Source of the DNA: an uncultured Erysipelotrichaceae bacterium
GTDB lineage: Bacteria; Bacillota_I; Bacilli_A; RF39; UBA660
DNA: 64,000 nucleotides
Direction of reading: 5' to 3'
Assembly: GCA_902764545.1 (NCBI GenBank)
Contig: CACWWC010000005.1
Location: 192 to 64,191, forward strand
Made by a program: the position numbers and the translations under genes. A model generated the notes under the pieces. It saw only the letters and a list, made by a program, of their open reading frames with translations, searched no databases and was not told where the DNA came from. Every line of letters begins with the position of its first letter. Position 1 is the stretch's first letter. This document shows, piece after piece, positions 47,611 through 57,837 of the stretch.

Positions 47611-48393
47611 TTATTCAGATATAACTTTACTTGATTCAAAAATATAACGTTTTCCTTCTTTATTAAACTTTACTTGATATAAAGCACCCTTAACAAAATC
47701 TTCATCTTTAACTCCATCCTCAACATTAAAGTACTTATATTGCTGCCAATCAACATCAAATTTAATACTCTCAGTCCTTTTATAATCTTTATAATAATTG
47801 CCATCTTTATAAAATAAAAGACGAACATATAAAATAATAGATTTATTATTTTTTTCTGCTTTTTCTAGCCTCTTTAAGTTCCTCATACCACAAGATGTTT
47901 GACAATCCTCAGTTACAGTATATAATCCCGAAGAAGAATCATAACTAACTTTAGGACAAGCAAAATCAATATTTTTATTTTCGTAATTATAGTTTTTTCC
48001 TAAAGTTTTTTGCACAGCTTCACTCATATCATCTTTTGTAAAAGTACTATTTACTTCCAAACTCTTATTATTAAAAATATACTTTAATAACATCATCGTC
48101 ACATGCTTATATGATAAATCTTTTAATTTTACTTCTTTATCAGTATAATAATCAAAATCATAATCAACACAATTGTTTGATTTTAAAGAATAAGTAAAAG
48201 TATTCAGACTATCATATAAATCTATAATTTTCTTATCACTTATATCAACATCTACATACTTATTATCAAGAGAATTACTTTTTTTATTATTTATATTAAT
48301 TACGCCACTATCAATTAAACCAATAAAAACTAAAGTAAATATTAGTATAATTGTCACTACAATTAGAATATTATTCTTTTTCACAAGCCACAC
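47611..48393 (-). CDS. Membrane-anchored protein of unknown function
   Basis: 260 aa with a single N-terminal TM helix and no recognisable motif. Confidence 0.45.
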   Translation of the reverse strand: MWLVKKNNILIVVTIILIFTLVFIGLIDSGVININNKKSNSLDNKYVDVDISDKKIIDLYDSLNTFTYSLKSNNCVDYDFDYYTDKEVKLKDLSYKHVTMMLLKYIFNNKSLEVNSTFTKDDMSEAVQKTLGKNYNYENKNIDFACPKVSYDSSSGLYTVTEDCQTSCGMRNLKRLEKAEKNNKSIILYVRLLFYKDGNYYKDYKRTESIKFDVDWQQYKYFNVEDGVKDEDFVKGALYQVKFNKEGKRYIFESSKVISE

Positions 48394-48481
48394 CTACTTT
48401 AAAATAATGATAATATATATTTTTTAAAATTTCAATAAAAAAGTCATCACGAAATTTTCTTCACAATGACTTTCTATAAAT

Positions 48482-48916
48482 TTATTCACCTATTTCAATA
48501 TATTTCTTTTCTGGTTTCTTTTCTTCTTCTGTAACCTTAGGAACTTCCAAACTTAAGATACCATTTTTAAATGTAGCTTTTATATCATCTTCATCTACAT
48601 CATCACCGATATAAAAACTTCTTGAACATTCTCCATAATATCTTTCGCGTCTAATAAACTTACCTTTTTCTTCCTCATCATTTGATGAATCAGTCTTAGC
48701 ATTAATATTTAAATACCCACCATCAACATCAATTCTTATATCTTTTTTCTCAAAACCAGGTAAATCAACATCAATAACATAACTATTTTCATTTTCTCTG
48801 ATATCCGTTCTCATTAAAGGATGAACTCTCTTTTCTTCACCTCTAAAAAATGGATCATTGAAAAAATCATCAAATAAATCATAATTTCTTCTAGGCATTA
48901 ACATCATATACATCAT
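48482..48916 (-). CDS. Small heat-shock protein, Hsp20/alpha-crystallin family
   Basis: Alpha-crystallin domain pattern (DIRENENSYVIDVDLPGF...GILSLEVPK). Confidence 0.9.
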   Translation of the reverse strand: MMYMMLMPRRNYDLFDDFFNDPFFRGEEKRVHPLMRTDIRENENSYVIDVDLPGFEKKDIRIDVDGGYLNINAKTDSSNDEEEKGKFIRRERYYGECSRSFYIGDDVDEDDIKATFKNGILSLEVPKVTEEEKKPEKKYIEIGE

Positions 48917-49006
48917 CTTCCTTTCTATAAATGTGTAGACTATTTATAGTTTGCACATAAGTATAATTGAAAATACCTCATAAGGAACTTTTTTCCTTAC
49001 AACTAT

Positions 49007-49035
49007 GTTATACCACTAAAAATTGGCACTGTCAA
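49007..49035 (-). promoter_or_regulatory. Sigma-A type promoter of hsp20
   Basis: Minus strand reads TTGACA (49035-49030), a 17-nt spacer, then TATAAC (49012-49007). The -35 overlaps the CIRCE-like repeat. Confidence 0.5.
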
Positions 49036-49049
49036 TACCAAAGTGCTAA
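49023..49049 (-). promoter_or_regulatory. CIRCE-like HrcA operator
   Basis: Minus strand reads TTAGCACTT-N9-CAGTGCCAA, against the consensus TTAGCACTC-N9-GAGTGCTAA (15/18 matches). It lies about 105 nt upstream of the hsp20 ATG. Confidence 0.6.
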
Positions 49050-49057
49050 TTTTATTA

Positions 49058-50371
49058 TTAACTAGCGTTTTTCAACTCATCAAACATTTCCTTCATAGTT
49101 GGATTATTACGGGTTAATCTTTGAATTGTCAAATCTTCAGCCTTACTATTCGCAAGTCTTAAATTATCGTTTGTTTTTTGTAAATGCTCTTTAATTTTAT
49201 TTAAATGGTCAATTGTCTTATCAATTTCATCTATTGCCTTGCCAAACCTCTCAGATGCAAGTCTATAATTTCTCCCAAATCCCTCTTTAAAAGTATTAAT
49301 GTTTTCTTCAAAATGAGTAATATCAATATTTTGATTTTTAACTTTTTCCAGTTCTTTTTTATAATCAAGAGCTTTATAAGACATATTTCTAATCAATGTA
49401 ATAATCGGTATAAAGAATTGTGGTCTAATCACATACATTTTATCATACAGATGACCCACATCAACAATCCCATCATTATAATAATCATTGTCAGCTTCTA
49501 AAAGAGATACAAGTACTGCATATTCACACTTTTTCTGCCTTCTATCTTTATCAAGTTCCTTAAAAAAGTCTTCGTTTTTATGCTTGGTAGCCGTTTCATC
49601 TGCCTCATTTTTCATCTCAAACATAATAGAAACTACTTCAACACCATCATCATCATAATCTCTAAAAATAAAATCTCCCTTTGAGCCACTCTTAACATCA
49701 TTATCTTTCTCAAAATAAGCATTCTTAAATAAAGGCCTTAGCCTATTAAATTCAACACTACAATGCTGCTCCAAAGATTCTCCAATCATCTTAGTTGATT
49801 GCCTTGCTTTAAAATCCTTATAGTATGCAATTTGTTCATCCTTGTCTTTTATTTTTTCTTCATATGATTCTTTAATCGTTTTTTCTTTTAACAAATAATT
49901 GTTTTTATCACTTTCAATCTGATTTCTTAAATTGATAATATCCCTTTCTTTTTTATCCATAACATCTTTTACTTTAAGTTCATTTTCAGTATCTTTCATT
50001 TTTAACTTACTTTTTAAATCAATGATTTGTTCATTAAGTTTTGATAATTCTTTTTGTGACTCACTTCTCATTTCAATTTCTTTTAATCGTATAGTATCAG
50101 CAACTTTACTATCATTATTCTTAATTTGATTTTTTAAATCACTTATTTCTACATCTTTGTTCTTAATTAGTTCTGAATATTGTTCTTTAACAGAAGCAGT
50201 ATTCAACTTAATCAAATTATCTTTATCCTTTTCAAATTGTTCTTCACGCAATCTAACTTCTCTATTAAATTCTGTATCACGAATTTGTTTAACAATTGAT
50301 TGATAGTCAACCTCATCTATCTGAAAGACAGTTCCACAATTAGGACATTTTATCTCATTCATAGTTATCAC
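49058..50371 (-). CDS. DUF2130-like protein (N-terminal zinc ribbon, coiled coil, C-terminal nuclease-like domain)
   Basis: CPNCGTVF zinc ribbon, about 200 aa of coiled coil, and a conserved C-terminal globular region. Confidence 0.6.
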   Translation of the reverse strand: MITMNEIKCPNCGTVFQIDEVDYQSIVKQIRDTEFNREVRLREEQFEKDKDNLIKLNTASVKEQYSELIKNKDVEISDLKNQIKNNDSKVADTIRLKEIEMRSESQKELSKLNEQIIDLKSKLKMKDTENELKVKDVMDKKERDIINLRNQIESDKNNYLLKEKTIKESYEEKIKDKDEQIAYYKDFKARQSTKMIGESLEQHCSVEFNRLRPLFKNAYFEKDNDVKSGSKGDFIFRDYDDDGVEVVSIMFEMKNEADETATKHKNEDFFKELDKDRRQKKCEYAVLVSLLEADNDYYNDGIVDVGHLYDKMYVIRPQFFIPIITLIRNMSYKALDYKKELEKVKNQNIDITHFEENINTFKEGFGRNYRLASERFGKAIDEIDKTIDHLNKIKEHLQKTNDNLRLANSKAEDLTIQRLTRNNPTMKEMFDELKNAS

Positions 50372-50418
50372 CTCATAAAACTATTATACCAAAAAAGAGT
50401 ATTTAATACTCTTTAAAA

Positions 50419-51192
50419 CTAACCTTGATAAACAGGATTATCCATTGTAATAAAAATATAATCTCCAAATTTAAACTTCAAATTTTTCTTATCTTTTGGA
50501 ACTTCAAATCCTACATATCCCTGTAGTTTTTCTGAAGATGCAATTTCAGTATTTTGTATACTTTCATAATTATCTTTTCCTACAGCAGTATAACAAAATA
50601 CACATTTTTCCATAGATGTAGAACTAACCTTATAATCATCTGCAGTTAAACTAACTTTTCCATCAAAAGTAGTATTAAAGGTTTCATTAGATAAATTTTC
50701 TATAATAAAGTGGAATGCTATTTTTTGATACCCATCTTTAGTATTATAATGTTCTGGAAAATTATCAGATTTATATTCAAATAGCTCATAACTATCTAAT
50801 GTTACTATAATATCATTCGTTTTTGCTTTTTCTTGGTATTTAACTGTAACTTTTTTATTAGAATCTTCATTCGTACTTTTTTCAAAACTTTCAAATACAT
50901 TATTATCTTTGTTAGTTACTTGCTTAAAAATTGAAAAAACAACTAAACCTAGTATACTTACTATTATGACTGATGCCACTACTAAAACAGTTCCTGCTGA
51001 TCTATTGATACTTTTTTGAATTTTTTTACTATACTCAATTCTTTCTTTCCTCTTTTCTTCATCTTCTTGTTTCTTTAATTTCTTATATTCGTTAATAATA
51101 TGAGTACAGTTGGCACCACAATTTGGACATTTATAATCGCTTTCTTTAATATTGATTCCGCAATATTCACATTTTAATTCTTTTTCATTCAT
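50419..51192 (-). CDS. Zinc-ribbon membrane protein with an extracellular beta-sandwich (DUF4352-like)
   Basis: CEYCG..CPNCG, one TM helix, and a C-terminal beta-rich domain. Confidence 0.55.
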   Translation of the reverse strand: MNEKELKCEYCGINIKESDYKCPNCGANCTHIINEYKKLKKQEDEEKRKERIEYSKKIQKSINRSAGTVLVVASVIIVSILGLVVFSIFKQVTNKDNNVFESFEKSTNEDSNKKVTVKYQEKAKTNDIIVTLDSYELFEYKSDNFPEHYNTKDGYQKIAFHFIIENLSNETFNTTFDGKVSLTADDYKVSSTSMEKCVFCYTAVGKDNYESIQNTEIASSEKLQGYVGFEVPKDKKNLKFKFGDYIFITMDNPVYQG

Positions 51193-51218
51193 AACATAAA
51201 CCTCTCTTAATATAATCT

Positions 51219-52031
51219 TTATTCTTTATTATCAAAATAACTATTTTTCCTACCAAACATTGCCCCAATAAACCTAAACACAGCTCTTCTAGTAGTAAGC
51301 CAAACAAATTTAGCATTATTACTTTTATTCTTACATATTTTATCAACCATATATTTTGCAATCACTTCAGGCTTATCTCCTAAGATATTATAAACATTCT
51401 TAGTTTTTTCAGATAAATTAATCTTATCTCCATCACCCATAGATGTACCAATAAAATTTGTAATCATTATTCCAGGAGTAATCTTTCCAACATTTACATA
51501 ATTACCATTATCTTTACTCTCCTTAGCAAGTGCCTCTGTAAAATAAGTAACCGCTCTCTTACTCGTACCATATATTGACAATCCACTCATAGTTGCATTA
51601 TTTGAACCATATCCCTCAACATTATAAATTGCACCACTTTTTTGTTTAATCATAACAGGCATTATGAACTTACTACATAAAATAGTACCCTTAAGGTCTA
51701 TATCAATAAGCCTATTTATCACATTTGAAGATAATTCCCAAATAGGATCCATTGGTTGATTAACACCCGCATTATTAATCCAAATATCTATTCTACCAAG
51801 TTTTTCCAATACTGAATCTATAACTTTTATAATATCATCTTCATTCGTAACATCCATTTTGTAAGATAATATTATACCTTTTTTATTAAAAAACTCTAAT
51901 TTTTTCTTTGCGTTTTTTAACTCTTCATAATTTATATCACATAAAACTACATTAAACCCTTTTTTATAAAATTCCTCTATCATAGCATAACCAAAACCCC
52001 GAGCACTACCAGTAATCACAACAGTTTTCAT
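51219..52031 (-). CDS. Short-chain dehydrogenase/reductase (SDR)
   Basis: TGSARGFG cofactor motif and the YGTSK catalytic motif. Confidence 0.85.
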   Translation of the reverse strand: MKTVVITGSARGFGYAMIEEFYKKGFNVVLCDINYEELKNAKKKLEFFNKKGIILSYKMDVTNEDDIIKVIDSVLEKLGRIDIWINNAGVNQPMDPIWELSSNVINRLIDIDLKGTILCSKFIMPVMIKQKSGAIYNVEGYGSNNATMSGLSIYGTSKRAVTYFTEALAKESKDNGNYVNVGKITPGIMITNFIGTSMGDGDKINLSEKTKNVYNILGDKPEVIAKYMVDKICKNKSNNAKFVWLTTRRAVFRFIGAMFGRKNSYFDNKE

Positions 52032-52041
52032 AATAACTCAC

Positions 52042-52425
52042 CTATAGATTGCTAACCCATAATCCATGAAGGTTACAATATGCATATGCAGAAATAACTT
52101 TTTCTAAAGTATTCAAATGAAATATACATTCTGGCTTATCTCCGGGATTTAAATACTTAATTGAATAACCTTTATTAGTTTCTATTAGCATAAACTCAAT
52201 ATAATGATTATCCTCCATAGGGTGCAAAACCTCACCACAAGTAACAATCGCTTCATTATCATGAATTTTAACAACTGGAACATGCTTTTCTGAAGCACCA
52301 TCACTAATATTTGCCTTTAACTCTATCATTTCAGTTTCACAACATTTTAAATCACCATCACAATCTTTTATTACCCCAACAATATTTCCACAATCCTTAC
52401 ATTTAAATATTTTCATTAAAAACAT
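52042..52425 (-). CDS. dfx: Desulfoferrodoxin (superoxide reductase)
   Basis: N-terminal desulforedoxin CKDCGN...CC, and centre II ligands EKHVPV, HPMEDNHYIEF, CNLHGLW. Confidence 0.9.
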   Translation of the reverse strand: MFLMKIFKCKDCGNIVGVIKDCDGDLKCCETEMIELKANISDGASEKHVPVVKIHDNEAIVTCGEVLHPMEDNHYIEFMLIETNKGYSIKYLNPGDKPECIFHLNTLEKVISAYAYCNLHGLWVSNL

Positions 52426-52529
52426 CTCCTTAATATAAATTATAACAAATTAACAAAATAAAACCAATATTTTTAACTATTACTAATTAAAAAACTATGG
52501 TATAATTAAGAGGAAAATAAATATTAAAG

Positions 52530-53657
52530 GTGATGCATTTGAGGAATTTTATAGAAATTAAATATGATAATAATGGGCATCTAACAGCTGAAATAACAAA
52601 AAATGGAAACAAAAAAACTATAAGAAGCATGATTAACATATATAGATTAATTGATATTGCGAAGAAATATGGATATGAAATTAACGGAGAGATAAAAATT
52701 GTAAGATACTCTAAAGAAATAATCAAAGAGTATTACAAAAAGAAAAAGAACAGAATTAATGTATATCATATGCCAAAAGGAAAAACAATAATAAAGAAGA
52801 AGAAAAAAAAGGGAAAAATAATCGCAATGATGCTAAGTGGAACTATGACATTATCAGCTCTTGGATTAGCAATGTCTTTAAATAATAATGAAGACAAAGA
52901 AGAAGATTCACATATTTTGAAAGCAGAATACATGGTAGACCAACAAAATGAACTTGATAATACTACAGAAGATGAAATCATGAACATTCCTCCAGAAAAT
53001 CAAACAGTAGCAGAATTTCATTATTCATATGAAGATAGGTCAAATACAGATTTGATATTTAATGTTGAGTTATATGATGATATTTTTAGAGATTGTGCAA
53101 AAAGATACGGATTAGATGTTAATCTTCTCAAAGCCATTGCATGTCAAGAAAGCAGCGGGAATCACTATGATAATATAGGAATAGGTCCAGCCGAAGGAAT
53201 AATGCAAATAGAAAAAGACTGCCATATCGATACAGTAGTTTCAGCATTTGATTTTGAAAGTAATTCAGAAAAATCAATATATATTACAGAAGAGGCATTA
53301 CAAGATCCAGCAACAAATATAGAAATTGGTGCAATGGATTTAAGAAACAGCATTGAAGCATATAACTACAATATTCCTCTTGGAACACAAGCATATAACT
53401 TTGGTGTTGGTGGTGTACAATATACTCTTGATATGTGTCAAAGTTTAACAGGAATAAATGAAACAGACATAGAAAATAATCAAGAAAATAATGAGTGGTT
53501 AAATTATAGAGAAATAATAGGAATTGGTGATCCAGAATACGTAGAACATGTATATAGCTTTCTACCAAATAACTACACTATATCAGTATTAGACAGAAAT
53601 GGAAATGAAAAAACAATTGCTCTGATAAATGATAATGTAAAACAAATCACAAGATAA
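52530..53657 (+). CDS. Membrane-anchored lytic transglycosylase (SLT domain)
   Basis: TM helix after a basic N-terminal domain. Catalytic ACQESSG and GIMQI motifs. Confidence 0.8.
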   Translation: MMHLRNFIEIKYDNNGHLTAEITKNGNKKTIRSMINIYRLIDIAKKYGYEINGEIKIVRYSKEIIKEYYKKKKNRINVYHMPKGKTIIKKKKKKGKIIAMMLSGTMTLSALGLAMSLNNNEDKEEDSHILKAEYMVDQQNELDNTTEDEIMNIPPENQTVAEFHYSYEDRSNTDLIFNVELYDDIFRDCAKRYGLDVNLLKAIACQESSGNHYDNIGIGPAEGIMQIEKDCHIDTVVSAFDFESNSEKSIYITEEALQDPATNIEIGAMDLRNSIEAYNYNIPLGTQAYNFGVGGVQYTLDMCQSLTGINETDIENNQENNEWLNYREIIGIGDPEYVEHVYSFLPNNYTISVLDRNGNEKTIALINDNVKQITR

Positions 53658-53668
53658 AAAGAAGTTAT

Positions 53669-54238
53669 TCAATAATAAACTTCTTTTTTTGTTATATAAC
53701 CATCTAAAGTACTTTCAATATAATCATAATCTTCTACACTAAAATCATTAAACTCTCTATAAAATATACCATTTACATTAATTAAAAGATTAATAACACT
53801 ATAAGAATTTGTTTCTTTAAGCTCCTTACAATTTTTTGCAATCAACTTTAACATATTATACTGATAATCGGTCATATCATTTATTTGTCCAAAACACACT
53901 ATAACAAGTTTATCTTCACAGTCAAGTATCCGACAGGCAATACAATTAGTCATAATCTCCCTCAACATTTTGTCATTAAAGTCTTTTTGTGACATATCAG
54001 ATAATTCTATACCCTTTAACAATTGATATAAATTAATTAAATTTATTGTATGCGGCTCCTTACCATCATTTTCATTAATCTTAGATGCAAAAGAATCTCT
54101 AGACACAACCATTGACGCCTGCAACCCCCATTCATCCTCATCATCTCTTCTCCTAATTACCAAATCATCAAAAAAAGCAGCCAATTCATTATCACTATCT
54201 TTTGATAGATAAATTTTTTCTTTCAAAGATCTCCCCAT
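53669..54238 (-). CDS. Hypothetical protein
   Basis: 189-aa ORF with no recognisable motif. Confidence 0.4.
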   Translation of the reverse strand: MGRSLKEKIYLSKDSDNELAAFFDDLVIRRRDDEDEWGLQASMVVSRDSFASKINENDGKEPHTINLINLYQLLKGIELSDMSQKDFNDKMLREIMTNCIACRILDCEDKLVIVCFGQINDMTDYQYNMLKLIAKNCKELKETNSYSVINLLINVNGIFYREFNDFSVEDYDYIESTLDGYITKKEVYY

Positions 54239-54295
54239 ATAATCACCTTCAATCTAAGTATAACAAAATAAAAATAATTTCAAAAGCGAAATTAT

Positions 54296-54571
54296 TTAAT
54301 TAATAAACTTAAACATATCTGAGATAAGACATAAATCATTATTATTTTCAATATGTCCAGTTACTACAATTGCATGACCAATCATTTCCATAAAATTAGA
54401 TAATAAAGAAGCATCAAAATCTATGTATATTTTATTAGCCATTTGATTATAATCATCATCATTGGGACAATATATTAAAACTCTAATACGATTATCTGCA
54501 ATTTTATTGATATTATCACTAATTCTACCAGCAATTGTAAATTCATTATGACATAATATCTGTTTTTTCAT
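54296..54571 (-). CDS. Hypothetical small protein
   Basis: 91-aa ORF. The beta-rich pattern FTIAGRI...RVLIY is faintly OB-fold-like. Confidence 0.35.
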   Translation of the reverse strand: MKKQILCHNEFTIAGRISDNINKIADNRIRVLIYCPNDDDYNQMANKIYIDFDASLLSNFMEMIGHAIVVTGHIENNNDLCLISDMFKFIN

Positions 54572-54802
54572 ATTTTTTCACTCCTCGCACCCAATAATAT
54601 AATAATTAAGCAATTAATACAAATGAACAATAACTAAAAATAAAAACATAAAATAAGCTTAAAATTAAAAAACTACATATACTTTTCTCTTTTTGTTACT
54701 AATATTTAAGAGTAAAAATCTAATTTACAATAATATTGTCAAAAAACAATAAAATAATTCCATTTTTTTTATGATTGTTATAAAATAAATTAAGGTGATA
54801 GT

Positions 54803-55939
54803 ATGGATGAATTAAACATTAAAATAGCTGCAATGATTGAATATATTGAAATTTTAACTTCAATCGCAATAAACAAAAATCAACACGAATTAGCAAACAA
54901 ACTTGACATAATAAAGGAAAGAGTTGAATTTGCAAAAACTGATGATGAATTAAATATATATAAAAGTACAATAAAAGAAATTGATGATTCATTAAATCAA
55001 CTTACTAGAGAACTAACATATAGAGAAAAAGCATTAGTTGAACGTGGATATTCAAAAAAAGAAGTATTAGAACTAAGTTCATTTACCCAAAAACAATTTG
55101 ATGAAAAAAAAACAATAATTATTGATAGAATAACAAAAAATAATAAAAGAGTACATAATCCAATCAGTATCTATATTGGAGGTCAGCCGGGCTGTGGTAA
55201 AACAACTTTGTCAAGAAAACTAAGAATGCAACCAAATGAAAATGGACTTGTAGAAATTTCACTAGATAATTACAGGAGTTATCATCCAAATTACTTAAAA
55301 ATGGAAGAGTGCATAAAGAAACACTGGGAAAACAAAGTAGAAACAGATAATGATTCAAAAGGAAATGATATTGCCGATTTTACTCACAATTTTGTGGAAC
55401 TAATGAGTGATGCTCTTCTAGATGAAGTTACAAAGCCAGTTGATAGCAAAGCATACAATATTGTACTTGAATGGGGAATGAGAAACCCTGATGCACCATT
55501 AGAAAGACTAAGAAATATGAAACAGCTAGGCTATACAAATATTGTAGACTTTATAGTCGTAAATAAAAAACTATCAAGAGAAGCCTGTAAAATAAGAGCA
55601 AATGTAATGAATAATTATAATCATATAATTAGACGTGTACCAGATTACTTCCATGAACAATGCATTACTAGCTTACCTAAGAGCGCCAAAAAAATATATG
55701 AAATTGGATACAAAAAAGAAAAAGTAGTTGATCAATTCATGCTTTCAAACAGAGCCAACAAAACAATTTGGGATCAAACACACTCGGAAGACCTAGAAAC
55801 AGTGTATGAAGAATATTTACATAACGAAGAATTAACAGATAGTTTTAATAATAACTCTGATCTTTCTATTACATCCTACTTTGAAGAACACAGTGGATTT
55901 GAAGACAATAATAATGAAGAAACAAAAAAACAAATGTAA
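54803..55939 (+). CDS. Zeta-toxin-family P-loop kinase with an extended helical N-terminus
   Basis: Walker A YIGGQPGCGKTTL preceded by about 120 aa of helical sequence. Overall length and spacing are consistent with the zeta/AAA_33-type kinase fold. Confidence 0.6.
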   Translation: MDELNIKIAAMIEYIEILTSIAINKNQHELANKLDIIKERVEFAKTDDELNIYKSTIKEIDDSLNQLTRELTYREKALVERGYSKKEVLELSSFTQKQFDEKKTIIIDRITKNNKRVHNPISIYIGGQPGCGKTTLSRKLRMQPNENGLVEISLDNYRSYHPNYLKMEECIKKHWENKVETDNDSKGNDIADFTHNFVELMSDALLDEVTKPVDSKAYNIVLEWGMRNPDAPLERLRNMKQLGYTNIVDFIVVNKKLSREACKIRANVMNNYNHIIRRVPDYFHEQCITSLPKSAKKIYEIGYKKEKVVDQFMLSNRANKTIWDQTHSEDLETVYEEYLHNEELTDSFNNNSDLSITSYFEEHSGFEDNNNEETKKQM

Positions 55940-55971
55940 GAAAATTCCTACTATATCATAGTAGGAATTTA

Positions 55972-56400
55972 TTATTTTATAGTACAACTATATCCTCCGG
56001 CTTCTAGCGCCTTTTTAGCTGCTTTTGGAGAAGACATTTTTTGTAACATATTTTTTGCTATTTTATCAACTTCAAGTGTAGACTTAACTTTTAAATGTTT
56101 ATTATCAACACTTTGTTTACAATCAGTAAATGCATCCTTATATTGTGACATTGTACTTTTTACAGATGAACAAAAATCCTGTTTTTCAATAGCAGATATT
56201 TGAAGATCAGAATAATTAGATAAATCCATATCGTAACTAAAATCCATATCTTCGATTGTATTTCCCTTAAAACCAATATTAAATACAATATCAACACCAC
56301 TTGTTTTTTGAGTACAAACTAATTTAGAATCCTTACTACACCCAACGGTAACAACTAACAAAAAAGCTATCCCTATACCCAACAAAATCTTACTTCTCAT
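55972..56400 (-). CDS. Lipoprotein of unknown function
   Basis: Signal peptide with lipobox TVGC. 142 aa. Confidence 0.7.
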   Translation of the reverse strand: MRSKILLGIGIAFLLVVTVGCSKDSKLVCTQKTSGVDIVFNIGFKGNTIEDMDFSYDMDLSNYSDLQISAIEKQDFCSSVKSTMSQYKDAFTDCKQSVDNKHLKVKSTLEVDKIAKNMLQKMSSPKAAKKALEAGGYSCTIK

Positions 56401-56591
56401 TCATATCACTCCTTTACATATTTATAAACATATTTTATCATATATATATAATATTTAATACTACATTTTGACTTTTTAATAAAAAAAATCAAACATTAAA
56501 TTAACTTAACATACATTTTCCTAATTCAAAATAATCACGCTAATACTTCATTCATTATTAAAATCTCTATCCTTTTTTCCTCAATTACATA

Positions 56592-57599
56592 TTATAATTC
56601 ATCATTACAATATTTTTTTAAAATTTTTGTCATTTCATCAAATTGACTAACATTATATTTTATTTCATTTAATGACTGTACTACTTCATTTTCAGCTAAA
56701 TGAATTTCTTCATCATCATAGTTATGTCCAATACATAAAGATCTTTTTAAGTTGTAGTTAATCCATTCAAGTCCAGAATAGATATCTGCATACATTAATA
56801 CATTGATATTACTATCAATATTACCTTTATAGTTTTCCTTATAGCTTTTTACCACCTTTTCAAATTTATTATAATCTACACTTTCGGTATCTCCACCTGA
56901 CCAATACCATGCAACTTGAATCAATTCTAGTGTTGGATTGATATAACCACTTGCTTCCCAATCTATAATATAAGGTTTATTGTCCTGCCAAATTATATTC
57001 TTTCTATCTAAGTCTCTATGACTTATAACCAAATTATTTTTTGCATGTTCAATTGCTTCCACCGATTTTTTATTTAAATCATATAAAACATCAATATTAT
57101 CTTTATAAAGTTGAAAATATGCTTTATTTTGTTCACTTGCAATAGAAACGTAATCATTCCAATTATAAATTCTTGTATTAACATGTTTTCTATTTTCATT
57201 ATCTATTGACGAAAAATTTACATTATGTATTTCAGCTAATAATTTCCCAACTATTTCAGAATGTTTTTCCTCAATTTCCTCAGCCTTTAATATTTTACCA
57301 TCAATCCATTCAAAAATCATATAATAATTATTACCAAATTTCTTCATAATATCATCATTGATTTTAATAGCCCCAATTGCAGGAATACCATTGGCTTTAA
57401 CTAAATCAGTAAATTTTTCAGCAAATAAGAAATTTGAATAAGCAGTTTTACTTTTCATTACACCACTATTTAATTCTTTAATAGCATATGTTCCTTTATC
57501 AGTTACTACTTTATACATTCTATGAGATAAACCACCAATTACTTTATCTATACTTTTAATTTTTTTACCTAGATTACATTCTTTTATTAACTCTTCCAT
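56592..57599 (-). CDS. Aminoglycoside/choline-kinase-type phosphotransferase (APH family); start moved to an internal ATG
   Basis: Brenner motif HRDLDRKNIIW and IIDWE. An AGGAAGTGA RBS and an extended -10 (TGgTATAAT, 57626-57619) lie inside the track ORF extension, so translation probably starts at MEELIKE. Confidence 0.75.
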   Translation of the reverse strand: MEELIKECNLGKKIKSIDKVIGGLSHRMYKVVTDKGTYAIKELNSGVMKSKTAYSNFLFAEKFTDLVKANGIPAIGAIKINDDIMKKFGNNYYMIFEWIDGKILKAEEIEEKHSEIVGKLLAEIHNVNFSSIDNENRKHVNTRIYNWNDYVSIASEQNKAYFQLYKDNIDVLYDLNKKSVEAIEHAKNNLVISHRDLDRKNIIWQDNKPYIIDWEASGYINPTLELIQVAWYWSGGDTESVDYNKFEKVVKSYKENYKGNIDSNINVLMYADIYSGLEWINYNLKRSLCIGHNYDDEEIHLAENEVVQSLNEIKYNVSQFDEMTKILKKYCNDEL

Positions 57600-57805
57600 A
57601 TAATCACTTCCTATAAGCATTATACCATTAAAAAATGAGAATTTTAGCACAACTCCCTTACCTCTCTACCTTATTTATTTTCTGATCTTTATATTATTTT
57701 TTTAGACTTTAAAATAACATTATTTCATAGTATTATTATGAAAATAATAGAACCTAAATTACTAACTTAAGTTCAAAAAATACTAAAACCATTGATATAT
57801 AAAGA

Positions 57806-57837
57806 TATAAAAAGTGACACTGTCTCTCGACAGTGTC
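57806..57837 (-). terminator. Intrinsic terminator not attached to any CDS
   Basis: Minus-strand stem GACACTGTC-GAGA-GACAGTGTC (9 bp) followed by ACUUUUU. It lies about 200 nt upstream of the next gene, whose own promoter is downstream of it. Confidence 0.7.

Noticed and set aside
52487-52726. A 79-aa minus-strand ORF overlapping the start of the SLT gene.
   Set aside because: It is antisense to a well-supported plus-strand CDS with an AAAGGTG RBS. Its hydrophobic product is typical of AT-rich antisense frames.
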